Assembly (NCBI GenBank): GCA_028826165.1
Contig: JAPDFW010000120.1
Location: 62,001-126,000, forward strand
Direction of reading: 5' to 3'
Source of the DNA: Anaeramoeba ignava BMAN
Lineage: Eukaryota > Protista > Anaeramoebae
DNA length: 64,000 nt
Shown: positions 14,355 to 28,000 of the stretch, piece after piece
How positions within the stretch are numbered: position 1 is the first letter of the stretch
Layout of the letters: each line of letters opens with the position of its first letter
Notes under the pieces: model-generated
What the model was told of the DNA's origin: nothing
Databases searched by the model: none
What the model saw: only the letters and a program-made list of their open reading frames with translations
Translations under genes and position numbers: made by a program

Positions 14355-16062
14355 TTAATTTGAAGGATGCTCAATCCAATATAAAACATTAAAAAAATGA
14401 ACAATAGCAGCAGCAGCAACAAACATATGCCAAAGTTGGTGGCTATTTCCAATAACATCAAATCTTCCTATCGAAGAAAATCTTTCAGGAATTTGAAAAA
14501 CAGTAAGAATTGCGCCAATAAAATAAAGAACAAGAACAAGCATTACTCTCCAAAAAACCTCAATAGCAGATTTTGAAGAAAGAATAGCAACCATATGAAT
14601 CAACGGAATCAAACTATAAAAACCAAGAGAAGAAAAAGCAAAAGTTCGAGTAAACGGACGACGATCAAGAAATCTGCGCTGCCACCAAATCATATATATC
14701 ATTATTAACCCAAGAATAGCCATTCCTATTAAATATCCATTTCTTGCTTTTTTGTGATTTGGAAAATTAAAGAAAATTATTGGAATAAATGATGTCTCCA
14801 TCATTATAATCACTCCTGTCATGTCAACGCTTAATAAAATGTTGTAAACTCGAATGCTGTGACATTCAAACGTGTGATATAATGCTGATGATAAAAGGCA
14901 AAGAAATCCCCCAATTAAATAGATTCCTAATATTAATTTAGATTCTTTCGTTGAATGTATTATTGTATCTTTTGAATATGCGTATATAGCAAAGAATATG
15001 AATGATACAGCGCCAAGTAAATGAACCCAAATCGAGATTGTCTATCAAAATTATATTAAATTTTTATATTTATAATTAAATTTAAATTTATATTTAAATT
15101 TATATTTATATTTATATTTATATTTATAATTAAATTTAAATTTATATTTATATTTATATTTATATTTATAATTAAATTTAAATTTATATTTATATTTATA
15201 TTTATTAAATCTTGATAAATTTAACCATCAATAATAAATCAAATAATAAATTAAATAATAAATTAAATAATAAATCAATAATAAATTAAATAATAAATCA
15301 AATAATAAATTAAATAATAAATCAATAATAAATCAAATAATAAATCAAATAATAAATCAAATAATAAATCAAATAATAAATCAAATAATAAATCAAATAA
15401 TAAATCAAATAATAAATTAAATAATAAATTAAATAATAAATTAAATAATAAATTAAATAATAAATTAAATAATAAATAATAAATCAAATAAATTAAATAA
15501 TAAATTAAAGAAAAATAAATTTTACTTGATTGTGCATTTTGAAAATACTTTTTATGCAAAGGCTATAAGGATAATCCATTCTATAACCAGTTTTCACAAA
15601 ACGTTTAAAACCAGTATTTTTATAACCAACTTTTTCCAAATGATAAAGAGTATATTTAGTTTTAGTTTTAGTTTTAGTTTTAGTTTTAGTTTTAGTTTTT
15701 GATTTATTTTTGATATTTTCATTTTGAATTTGATTTTCATTTTGAATTTCTTCTTTCAAATTTTCAATATCATTTGATTCATTATTATCATCATAAATAG
15801 TTTCTAATTCTATTTGAGTCGTTGAAACATTTTTCTCAATTAAAGGACTAGTTTCTTGTTGAGTTAAAACTTGAGAATCAAATCCAATTTCTTCAATTTG
15901 ACTTAAAGTTTTTTTCATTATTTTTTTATTTTCATTTTTATTTTTATTTTTATTTTGATCTGGTTTTATTATTTTTTGATCAGTATCTGATTTTAGTTTT
16001 TCTTTATTTTTTTGATCAGTTTCAAAATTTATTAATTCATTTTGTTTTTCTTCTTTCTCCAT
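14355..16062 (-). CDS. PAQR / adiponectin-receptor-family membrane protein
   Basis: Exons 16062-15526 and 15041-14355. TGYR...CIKSIFKMHNQ|TISIWVHLLG, SALYHTFECHS, IPERF..GRFDVIGNSHQLWHMFV. Confidence 0.93.
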
Positions 16063-16212
16063 TTAAATTTATTTAGTAAAAATTAAAAAAAAGGAAAAAT
16101 AAAAAATAAAAATTTAAATAAAAAATTATTTTTTTTTCTTTTTTTTTTTTTTTTTTTCCTTTTTTTTTTTCATTTTTTTTTTTTCATTTTCATTTTTTTC
16201 ATTTAATTTACA

Positions 16213-18265
16213 ATGAATGAAACTTATGATGTTATTGTTTTAGGCACAGGTTTAACAGAATGTGTACTTTCTGGAATCATGTCTGTTGAAGGAAAAAAGG
16301 TGAGTTGTTTATAAATCTTTTATTTTTTAAATTCTTTATTTATTTTACGTTTTATTTTTTTTTTAATTGGTTTCTTTATTTAAAATTATTAACAAAAAAA
16401 AAATTTTTTTTAATTTAAACTAATTTTTGCTTTTTTTTTTCTCATTTTGAATTTTTTTTTTATAAATTTAAATTTTAAATTTAAAATATTTTCAATTCCT
16501 TTTTATTGAATTTAGGTTCTTCATATGGATAGAAATGATTATTATGGAGGTGCTTCTGCTTCTTTGAATATTACACAACTTTTCCAACATTTCAATACAA
16601 AAGGAGATGCAAATGCAAAATTTGGACATAACAGAGATTGGTGTGTTGATTTAATTCCAAAATTTTTAATGGCAAACGGTAAATTCAAAAAAAAAAAAAT
16701 TTAAACGTTTAAAAAAATTTAAAAAAAAAAATAATTTTAATAAAATAAAAGGACAACTTGTTAAGATGCTTATTTTTACTGATGTTACAAAATATCTTGA
16801 ATTCAAAAGTGTTATGGGAAGTTATGTCTTCAAAGACGGAAAAATTCATAAAGTTCCTTCAACTGGAGGAGAAGCTTTAAAATCTGATTTGATGAAATTT
16901 GGAGAAAAAAGAAGGTATTTATCAAAAAATAAAAATGAGATTTTTTTTTAAAAAAAACAAACAAACAACATTTTATTTTAGATGCAAAAAATTCTTGACT
17001 TATGTTTCTGATGTTGATGATGGAGAAAAAAAAGCAGTTGAAAGATTTGATTTGAATAAATTAACTGCAAAAGAACTTTTCGCAAATTTCAAACTTTCAC
17101 CTGGAACAATTGATTTTATTGGACATGCAATGGCACTTCATCGAGATGATGATTATTTAGCAACACCTTCATTGGACTCAGTTAATAAAATCAATTTGTA
17201 TATCAATTCTGTTGCAAGATATGGAAATTCACCATACATCTATCCACTTTATGGACTTGGAGATTTACCACAAGCTTTTGCTCGGTAAATATATAAAAAT
17301 ATAAAAATATAAAAATATAAAAATATAAAATATGAAAATATAAAAATATAAAAATATAAAAATATAAAAATATAAAAATATAAAAATATAAAAATATAAA
17401 ATGAATAAAAATTTTTCAGAAATATGAAATGAATAAAAATTAAATTTAATATTATTTTATAAAATTTTTCAAAAACATGAAAATGAATAAAAATTAATTT
17501 TAATATTATTTTATAAAATTTTTCAAAAACATGAAATGAATAAAAATTAAATTTAATATTATTTTATAAAAATTTTTCAAAAACATGAAATGAATAATAT
17601 TTATTTATATATTAAAATCTTAATTTTTCTTTAGTCTTTCTGCAGTTTACGGAGGAACATACATGCTTCACAAACCCGTTGACAAAATTGTATACGATTC
17701 AAATGGAAGAGTTATTGGAGTTCAATCCGAAGGAGAAGTTGCCAAATGCAAGATGGTTATTGGAGATCCAAGTTATTTCTCAGATAAAGTTGAGAAAAAG
17801 GGACAAATCATTCGATGCATTTGCATTTTGAAACACCCAATTGCAAACACAAACAATGCAGAATCATGTCAAATCATCATTCCACAAAAACAAGTGAATC
17901 GTAAATCAGATATATATGTTCTTGTGATTTCATACGCACATCATGTTGCTCCAAGTCCATTTTTCATTGCTATTGTAAGTACAACTGTTGAGACTAGTAA
18001 TCCACAAGCCGAAATTCAACCTGCTCTTAAACTTCTTGGAGATATTGAGGAGAAATTCATCAGCATTGATGATATGTATGTTCCAAACAATGATTCTTCT
18101 AAAGATGGCTGTTTCATCACTTCCACTTATGATGCTACTTCTCATTTCGAAACTACTGTTGATGATATTTGCAGAGTTTACCAACAAGCTACTGGAGAAG
18201 ATTTGATTCGCAAACTTGAGCAATCCAAAAAGATTAAAGATTCTCAATCAAATGAGAAGAAATAA
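16213..18265 (+). CDS. GDI1: Rab GDP-dissociation inhibitor
   Basis: [63 protein letters not shown]|[21 protein letters not shown]. Four GT-AG introns. Confidence 0.97.
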
Positions 18266-18596
18266 TTTTTTCTTTTTTTCTTTTTCTTTTTCTTCTTCTT
18301 CTTCTTTTTTTTTGATTGGTTCTTTCTCTTTGGAGAGAAATGAATCTTTTTTTACTTTTTTTTTACTTTACTTTACTTTTCTTTACTTTACTTTTTGTTC
18401 TTCTCCTCAGTTAGAATCCTTTTTATCTCTCCAAAAAAAAAATTTTAATTCATTTCATTTAAAAAAAAATTAAAAAAAAAAATAACAAACAAACAAACAA
18501 ACTTTCTTTTTTTCTTTTTTTTTTTCTCAATTAAAAAAGCAAAAATTTTTTTCATTTTTTTTCATTTTATTCTTTCTTTTTATTCTCTTTTATAAA

Positions 18597-20824
18597 ATGC
18601 CAAGATTTAAAATTGTTGTTGTTGGAGATGGAGCTGTTGGGAAAACATGTATGCTTGCAACTTTTATTGATAATGAGTAATTTAACTAATTTAACTAATT
18701 AAATTAAATTAAATTAAATTGAATTAAATTGAATAAACAAAATTTATTTTATTTTTTGATTTAGATTTCCTGAAAAATATGTTCCAACTGTTTTTGAAAA
18801 TAAAGTTACTGAAATTGAAGTTGATAATAAAGTTTATGAATTGAATATTTGGGATACTGCTGGTTTGTTATTTATTTATTAAAAAAAAATTTTTTTCTTT
18901 TCTTTTTTTTTTCAATTATCAAATTATAATCAACACATCATTACAATCCAAATTAAATTATAAACAAAATTATAAACAAATTTATAATTAAATATATAAT
19001 TAAATTTATAATTAAATTTATAATTAAATTTATAATTAAATTTATAACTAAATTTATAATTAAATTTATAAACAAATTTATAATTAAATTTATAATTAAA
19101 TTTATAATTAAATTTATAATTATATTTATAATTAAATTTATAATGAAATTTATAATTAAATTTATATTTAAATATATAATTAAATTTATAATTAAATTTT
19201 TAATTAAATTTATAATTAAATTTTTAATTAAATTTATAATTAAATTTATAATTAAATATATAATTAAATATATAATTAAATATATAATTAAATTTTTAAT
19301 TAAATTTATAATTAAATATATAATTAAATTTATAATTAAATTTATAATTATATATATAATTAAATTTATAATTAAATTATAAACAAATTTATAATTAAAT
19401 TTATAACAAAATTTATAACAAAATTTATAATTAAATTTATAATTAAATTATAAACAAATTTATAAACAAATTTATAATTAAATTTATAACTAAATTTATA
19501 ATTAAATTAATAAACAAATATATAATTAAATTTATATTTAAATATATAATTAAATTTATATTTAAATATATAATTAAATTTATATTTAAATATATAATTA
19601 AATTTATATTTAAATATATAATTAAATTTATATTTAAATATATAATTAAATTTATATTTAAATATATAATTAAATTTATATTTAAATATATAATTAAATT
19701 TATATTTAAATATATAATTAAATATATAATTAAATTTATAATTAAATTTATAATTAAATTTACAATTAAATTTATATTTATATTTATAATTAAATTTATA
19801 ATTAAATTTATAATTAAATTTATAATTAAATTTATAACAAAATTTATAATTAAATTTATAATTAAATTTATAATTAATTTTATAATTAAATTTATAACAA
19901 AATTTACAATTAAATTTATAATTAATTTTATAATTAAATTTATAATTAAATTTATAATTAAATTTATAATTAAATATATAATTAAATTTATAATTAAATT
20001 TATAATTAAATTTATAATTAAATTTATAATTAAATTTATAATTAAATTTATAATTAAATTTATAATTAAATTTATAATTAAATTTATAATTAAATTTATA
20101 ATTAAATTAATAATTAAATTTATAATTAAATTTATAATTAAATTTATATTTATATTTATATTTAAAATGAAACGTAGGTCAAGAAGATTTGGATAGATTA
20201 AGACCTATGTGTTATCCTGATGCTAATATTGTACTCATATGTTTTTCTGTTGATAATCCAATGTCATTTTCCAATATAAAAGCAAAAGTAAAATATTTAA
20301 AATATTTAAAATCTAAATCTAAATAATAATTAATTGAATTGATTTCGATAATTTATTAGTGGATTCTTGAAGTTCGACATTTTTGTCCAAAAAAACCATT
20401 TCTTCTTGTTGCATTAAAACAAGATTTAAGAGATGATCCAGAAGTTATTGAACAATTAAAAAAATCAAACGAGAAACCAATTTCAAAAGAACAAGTTTGA
20501 TTTCAATTAAAATTTATTAATTAATTTATTAATTAATTTTTCAATTAATTTATTGATTAATTTTATAATTAAATTTATTGATTAATTTCTTAATTAATTT
20601 ATTGATTAATTTTATAATTAAATTTATTGATTAATTTCTTAATTAATTTATTGATTAATTTATTGATTAATTTTTAGGGAGAAGAATTAGCTAAAGAAAT
20701 TGAAGCAAATGCTTATGTCGAATGTTCAGCATTAAAAAAAACCAATTTATATACAGTTTTTGAAGAATCTGTTCGAGCAATTTTAAATACAAATACAAAA
20801 AGTTCTCCTTGTATCTTGATTTGA
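18597..20824 (+). CDS. Rho-family GTPase (RhoA/Rho1-like)
   Basis: Exons 18597-18676, 18765-18862, 20178-20287, 20360-20494, 20678-20824. [33 protein letters not shown], a Rho insert, YVECSA and the CAAX box CILI. Not listed in the ORF track. Confidence 0.95.
18960..20160. repeat. Intronic 12-bp array (AAATTTATAATT)n
   Basis: Same unit and variants as 11120-12130. Confidence 0.95.
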
Positions 20825-20825
20825 A

Positions 20826-21150
20826 TTTGACAATTACAATTACAATTACAATTACATTTACAATTACAATTACATTTACATTTACATTTACAATTACAAT
20901 TACAATTACATTTACAATTACATTTACATTTACAATTACAATTACATTTACATTTAAATTTACAATTACATTTAAATTTACAATTACAATTACAATTACA
21001 ATTACAATTACATTTACAATTACATTTAAATTTACAATTACAATTACATTTACAATTACAATTACATTTACAATTACAATTACATTTACAATTACAATTA
21101 CAATTACATTTACAATTACATTTACAATTACAATTACAATTACATTTAAA
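20826..21150. repeat. (TTACAA/TTACAT)n microsatellite just after the Rho stop codon
   Basis: Read directly; produces the ITITFT and VIVNV ORFs. Confidence 0.95.
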
Positions 21151-21762
21151 TTTTGATTTTGATTTTGATTTGGATTCGACATTTAATCAATCCTTGTTTT
21201 TTTTTCAATTTTCATTTTCGATTTTCATTTTTGATTTTCATTTTTAATTCTTTCCAAAAAAATAATAAACTCTTAATTTCAAATATTAAATAAATTTTTA
21301 TTTTTTTATTTTTATTTTTATTGATTATTTTTAATTAAAAAAAGCAAAAAAATTAATTAAAAGCAAAAAAAAAACAAACAAAAGATCAAATAAAAATTAT
21401 TAAAAATTTTTTTGATAAGTTGTTTAATAGAAAAAAAAAAAAAATTCAATTGAATTTAAAAGAAAAAAATTAATATTTGATTAGAAAAAAAAGGATACTC
21501 TTTGATCATTGAAAAGAATGATCTTCATTTTATTAATTTTTTAAAGCAAAAAACAAACTAAAATAAAATAAATAAAAAAATTTTTTAATTAAATTTTTTT
21601 TTTTTAAAATTTTTTTTTTATTTTTTTTTTCCTTCTTCTTCTTCTATTTCCTTTATCATTCTTTTTCAAAACAAAACAAAACAAAACTAAAAAATAAAAC
21701 ACAAAAAATTAAATTCAAAAACAAAATTAAAATTAAAATTAAAATTAAAAATATAAATTGAA

Positions 21763-23879
21763 ATGCAAAAAGAAAATTTTCTTTCAAATCAAAAAATTTT
21801 AGCAAAAGAAAATAATATTTTTAACGAATTAAACTCAAAAAGAAAAAATTTTAAAAATGAATTGTTTGTTTTAAATCAATTTGATCAAAATCAAGATCAA
21901 AATCAAAATCAAAATCTAAATCTAAATCAAAATCAAAATCAAAATCAAAATCAAAATCCATTTTTAAATTCAAATTTAAATCAAAATTTTAAACAAATTT
22001 CATTTTTAAATCAATACCAAAATCAATTTCAAAATCCAAATTCAAATCAATTTCAATTTCGATATCAATTTCAAAATCCACAATTTCAAAATCAAAATGA
22101 AAATGAAAATGAAAATGAAAATGAAAATGAAAATGAAAATCAAAATGAAAATGAAAATGAAAATCAAAATGAAAATGAAAATGAAAATCAAAATCAAAAT
22201 CAAAATGAAAATGAAAATCAATTTCAATTTCAAAATATATATCAATTTCAAAATCCACAATTTCAAAATCAAAATGAAAATGAAAATCAAAATCAAAATC
22301 AATACCAAAATCAATTTCAAAATCAAAATGAAAATCAAAATGAAAATCAATTTCAATTTCAAAATATATATCAATTTCAAAATCCAAATTCAAATCAATT
22401 TCAATTTCGATATCAATTTCAAAATCCACAATTTCAAAATCAAAATGAAAATAAAAATCAAAATAAAAATAAAAATCAAAATCAAAATCAAAATGAAAAT
22501 AAAAATATCCAAAATAAAGATATCCAAAATCAAAATGAAAATGAAAATCAAAATGAAAATCAAAATGAAAATCAAAATGAAAATCAAAATATAAATCAAA
22601 ATATAAATCAAAATCAAAATATAAATCAAAATGAAAATCAAAATCAAAATCAAAATGAAAATCAAAATGAAAATCAAAATGAAAATCAAAATATAAATCA
22701 AAATCAAAATATAAATCAAAATCAATTCCAAAATCAATTTCAAAATCAATTCCAAAATCAAAATGAAAATCAAAATCAATTTCAAAATCAATTTCAAAAT
22801 GAAAATCCAAATATAAATTATTTTCAAATTCAAAATCAATTTCAATATCAAAATCAATTTCGACCAATAGAATTTTCTTTTTATAATTCTTATCCACATT
22901 TTATTCAAAAAACTCCAACAAATGAAAATTTCATTTTTCCTTTTGTTTCAAATTATAATCCAACTCATTTTTACCCGATCCTCGATTATTCTCAAAATTT
23001 TTATTCACAATTCCCTTTTTTGAATAACGATAAAATGTTAATGCCACAACAAAATACACAAAAACAATCCACACAATTACAATCAAAGCCAAAATTAAAG
23101 CCAAATCAATCTCAACAAAACAACGAAGACATTGACAAACAAAATAATTTGACATTGAAGCCAATACAAAAACAAACTGATCAAGTGTAAAGAAAAAAAT
23201 CCAAAAAAAATTTTCCCCTTTTCTTATTCCCCTTTTTTTTTCTTATTCATTTTTTCTTTAAAAAAATCAATTTAGAATTTCTAATCAAATTTCTTTCCCT
23301 AAAAGTTTTGTCGAAAAAATAAACAGCAATTTTACAAACTCAACAAAATATCTTCAACGATTAACAAGTTTAATTACAGATTTTAATTCAGGCAAAAAAA
23401 GTGGAAACGTTATTAAAAAATTAATTGCAAAACTTTTTGATGGAAATGATGATTTAATTGAAGAAACAAATAAATTTTTACCAAAAGAATTAATCATTGA
23501 AAAAAAAGAAACAAATGAAAAAAATCCAAAATTAAAAAAAGCAATGGATTATTTAGAAAAAGTTTTTAATAGATTTCAAAATGAACCTGAAAAATTTGAT
23601 TCTTTTTTAAATATTTTACAAAAAAGTCCACAAATTCAAATTACAGCTTCAGAAATGTCACAAAAAATTGAAGAAATTTTAAAAGGTCATGATGATTTAA
23701 TTCAAGAATTTTCTCAATTTATTAATGATGATAAAAAATCTGATTTTGATAATAAAAATTCCTTGCAAAAACATCATAAAAGAAAAGATACTTTAAGAAA
23801 ATCTTATCAATTAAATGAAGATTTATTTGATATTAAGAAATCAAGAACAAAAAAATCGAAGAAAAAGAATTTAAATTAA
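21763..23879 (+). CDS. N/Q-rich low-complexity protein with two Sin3-type PAH domains
   Basis: Exon 21763-23186, intron to 23275, exon 23276-23879. PAH-like SFVEKI...LIAKLFDGNDDLIEETNKFLP and AMDYLEKVFNRFQNEPEKFDSFLNIL...ILKGHDDLIQEFSQFI. Confidence 0.8.
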
Positions 23880-24179
23880 ATTAAAATTTGAAAAGAATTA
23901 AATTAAAATTTTGCTTATATATTTATATTTTTATCTCAAAAAAAAAAGAAAAAGTGGAAGAAAAGGAACTTTTTTTTTTTTGTTCCATTTTTTTTTCCTT
24001 TTTTATTTTTTTCTTTTTAAAAAGAAATCCAACGTAAAAAAGGAAAAAAAAAAGAAAATAAACTGAAATTTAAAAGATAAATAATTTTTTTTTCCTTTTT
24101 TCCTTTTAATTTTAATAATAATTTTTTTTAAATTTTTCAAAAATAAAAATCACTTTTTTTTTCTCTTTTAAAAAAAAAA

Positions 24180-24821
24180 ATGGAACAAAAACAAAAAAGA
24201 AAAAAAAGAAAAACTCCATTAAAAACACCAAAAAAATCAGCTTTTCTTCTATTTCTTCAAGATCAAAAAGCAAAAATCTTAAAAAAAAAACCTAATTTAT
24301 CAGGAAAAGAAATTTCAAAAGAAGGATCAAAAATTTGGAAAAAACTATCAAATCAAGAAAAAGAAAAATACAAAAAAAAAGCAAGAGAAGAACAAGAAAA
24401 AATCAATGAAGAAATAAATAAATCTGAAAAAAATGGTTTAGAATCAAGTTCAACTAGTGAAAGTGAACAAGAAAAAAAAATTCCAAAAACTAGATCTAAA
24501 TTTAAAATTCCAAAATCAGTTCCTTTAGAAAAACCACTTTCTCCTTATAGATTATTTATGATTGACACACAAAAAAAGAATTTAGAAGAATTTAAAGGAA
24601 TTAGTGTTGGCGAATATAGTAAAAAAATGTCTCAGAAATGGATAAAATTACCAGAAGAAGAAAAAAAAGTAAGAAAAATAAAAAATTTTTTTTCAATTAA
24701 ATTTTCAATTAAATTTTGTTTTGTTTTGTTTTGTTTTGTTTAGAAATTTTTTGATGAATCTAAAAGACAAAAAGAAAATTTTCAAAAACTTTTAAAACAA
24801 AATGAAAATCAACAAATTTAA
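24180..24821 (+). CDS. Double HMG-box protein
   Basis: PKKSAFLLF...PNLSGKEISKEGSKIWKKLSNQEKEKY and KPLSPYRLF...KMSQKWIKLPEEEKK. Intron 24669-24743. Confidence 0.9.
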
Positions 24822-25073
24822 TTAAAAAAAAAAATATATAAGATTGAGAATCTTTTGATTCAAATTGATTTTTATTTTCTCTTTTCTTTTTTTTAAAAAA
24901 AAGGAAAATCACTTAAAATGAAATTAAATCAAATCAAATTAAATTAAATTAAATCAAATCAATTAAAATGAAATTAAATCAAATCAAATTAAATTAAATT
25001 AAATCAAATCAATTCCAAATTAATTCAAATTTTCTTGTAAAAAAATTGAAGTTCTAAATGATTGTTTGTATTC

Positions 25074-28000
25074 TTATTTGTTAATTAAAACAGCTTTTAA
25101 ATCTTTCAATAAAATATGAATAATGAAAAAATTTTCTGAAAAAATTTTCAATAAGGAATCTTGAAATTGAATATAAATTTTCTTGCTATTTGATTCATTT
25201 GTTAAACCAAAAAATTTCAAAGTTGATTCTAATGAGCTAATTAATTGAAACATATTAACATTTTGTTTGATTATTCTTGAAATTTCTTCAATAGTTGTTG
25301 TTTCTAATGATATTTTTATTGATGTTTGATTCATTCCCTTAAGTTTTTGAATTTCTTTATCAAATTCATCTTCATTTATTTCTTTGGAAACCAACATTTC
25401 TCCAATTTTTGGTGTAATTTTTACTGGAAATTTTTCTGTTGTTGTTCTAATAAATAAATATTTGAATTTAATATTAAATAAATATTTGAATTTATATTAA
25501 ATAAATATTTGAATTTAATATTAAATATTCGAATTTATAAATTAAATAAATATTTGAATTTAATATTAAATATTTGAATTTATAAATAATAAATATTTGA
25601 ATTTAATATTAAATATTCGAATTTATAAATTAAATATTTGAATTTAATATTAAATAAATATTTGAATTTAATATTAATTAAATATTCGAATTTAATATTA
25701 AATATTTGAATTTATATTAAATATTTGAATTTATATTAAATATTCGAATTTATAAATTAAATATTTGAATTTAATATTAAATAAATATTTGAATTTAATA
25801 TTAAATATTCGAATTTATAAATTAAATATTTGAATTTATAAATATTTACTCAATTATGAAAGAAATATTTGAATTTATAAATATTTACTCAATTGTGAAA
25901 GAAATTGTTTCAGTTTTAACTCTAAAATTGATACTACAAATTGTGTCTGTTGTTTGTTTTGAGTTCAAAATGTTAATTTTTGGAAAAGGAATAATATATT
26001 TAGATTCAGAAGCCATTGTAATATTATTTATTGTTTCTTTTCTATGATTTGTTAATGTTAATTGAATTGTTGTATGATATTGATATACACTTGATTTTCT
26101 TGATATCTGATAATTAATTTCCAATCCATTTCCTTTTACTCTATTAAGTAATATTCTTGTTTCAAAATTTGGTATTTCTTCTTGTATTTTTTCTGGCATT
26201 TTATGTTTTGATTGCGTTGCTTAATTTTTAATAATTTAAATATTATTAATTTAAATATTATTAATTTAAATATTATTAATTTAAATATTATTAATAATTT
26301 AAATATTGTTATTTTGAATTTAAATATTATTAATAATTTAAATATTATTAATAATTTAAATATTTTAATTTAAATATTATTATTATTAATTTAAATATTA
26401 TTATGAATTTAAATATTAATTTAAATATTATTTTTAATTTAAATATTATTTTTAATTTAAATATTTTAATTAATTTAAATATTATTTTTAATTTAAATAT
26501 TTTTATTATTAATTTAAATATTATTATGAATTTAAATATTATTATTAATTTAAATATTATTAATTTAAATATTATTATGAATTTAAATATTATGAATTTA
26601 ATTATTATTAATTTAAATATTATTATGAATTTAAATATTATTAATAATTTAAATATTTTACGTATTGAATTGAAAAATAAACTATTAAGATCAACTTCAC
26701 TATTATCTAAATTTGAAATTAATTGATTTGAAGGTTGATTATCTTTTTGAATAATTTCATCTAATTGAATATTTGATAAATTATTTTGTGATTTTTTTGA
26801 ATTGGAGATATCTAAAATAGATTTTGATTTTGATTTTGATTTTGATTCTGATTCTGATTTTGATTTTGATTTTGATTCTGATTTTGATTCTGATTCTGAT
26901 TCTGATTTTGATTTTGATTTTGATTTTGATTTAGATTTAGATTTAGATTTTGTTTTAGATTTAGATTCTGTTTTTGATTTAGATTCTGATTCTGATTCTG
27001 AAGAATATGAAGATGAACTTGTACTATATGAGCGTGAGCTATAAGAACTTGTACTTCTTGAACTATATGAACTTGTTGTTTTTGAAATTGAAATATTTGA
27101 ATTTTCTTTATTTTCCAAATCCTTTTCAGTCTTTTCTTCAATTTCTTCAATTTTTAATAAACTTTCTTCTTTTTCTTCACTTTTTAATAAGTTTTCTTCT
27201 TTTTCTGATTCTGTTGAAGAATAAAAATCTTCATCTTCTGAAAAAAGAAAACTATATTGTTTTTTCATTTCTTTTGTAAGTCTTAATTTTTTTTTCTTTT
27301 TGCTTTTTTTGGATTTTTTGGATTGTTTGGATTGTTCATTTTGTTCATTTTGATTATTTTTTTCATTTTGATTATTTTTTTTGGATTTTTTGGATTTTTT
27401 GCTTTTTTTGGATTTTTTGGATTTTTTGGATTCAGATTTTATTGGTTTACGAAGAGAAGGATCAGGTGGAATTTCTGGAAAATTTGGAAGAGGAACATAA
27501 CCAGGAATAGGTTGATTTTGAATATTAGAAAGTGTTCCAAGAGTAAATGATTCAAGTTCTAAAAAATTTCCAGAAAAAAATTTTTCGAAAATTATTTTTT
27601 TAAAAAGAAAATTCAATATTTTTTTTTTAAATTATACTTCCAAATTCTGATGGTAAAACTAATGTTGCTTTTGTTGTTAGAAAAATTTCATTTAAATGAT
27701 TTGAAATTGGTGTTCCATTAAAAAGTAAATAACTAACAAATCTTGCTCTATCTCGAATATCATAATCATCATCAAATTTAGCTAATTTTAAAATAAATTC
27801 AACTAAAGAATAAGTTTGTTCTTTGTTTCGAAGAAAAAGTTTTGCAGCTAAATTTAAAATCTAATTTTAATTTTAATTTTAATTTTAATTTTAATTTTAA
27901 TTTTAATTTTAATTTTTAATTTTAATTTTAATTTTAATATTAATTTTAATTTTAATTTTTAATTTTAATTTTAATTTTAATATTAATTTTAATTTTAATT

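Noticed and set aside
20826-21150. Interstitial telomeric repeat
   Set aside because: TTACAA/TTACAT lacks a G-rich strand and behaves like the other post-stop arrays.
21504-21523. GATCATT-N6-AATGATC inverted repeat
   Set aside because: A single 7-bp stem with no second occurrence or supporting context.
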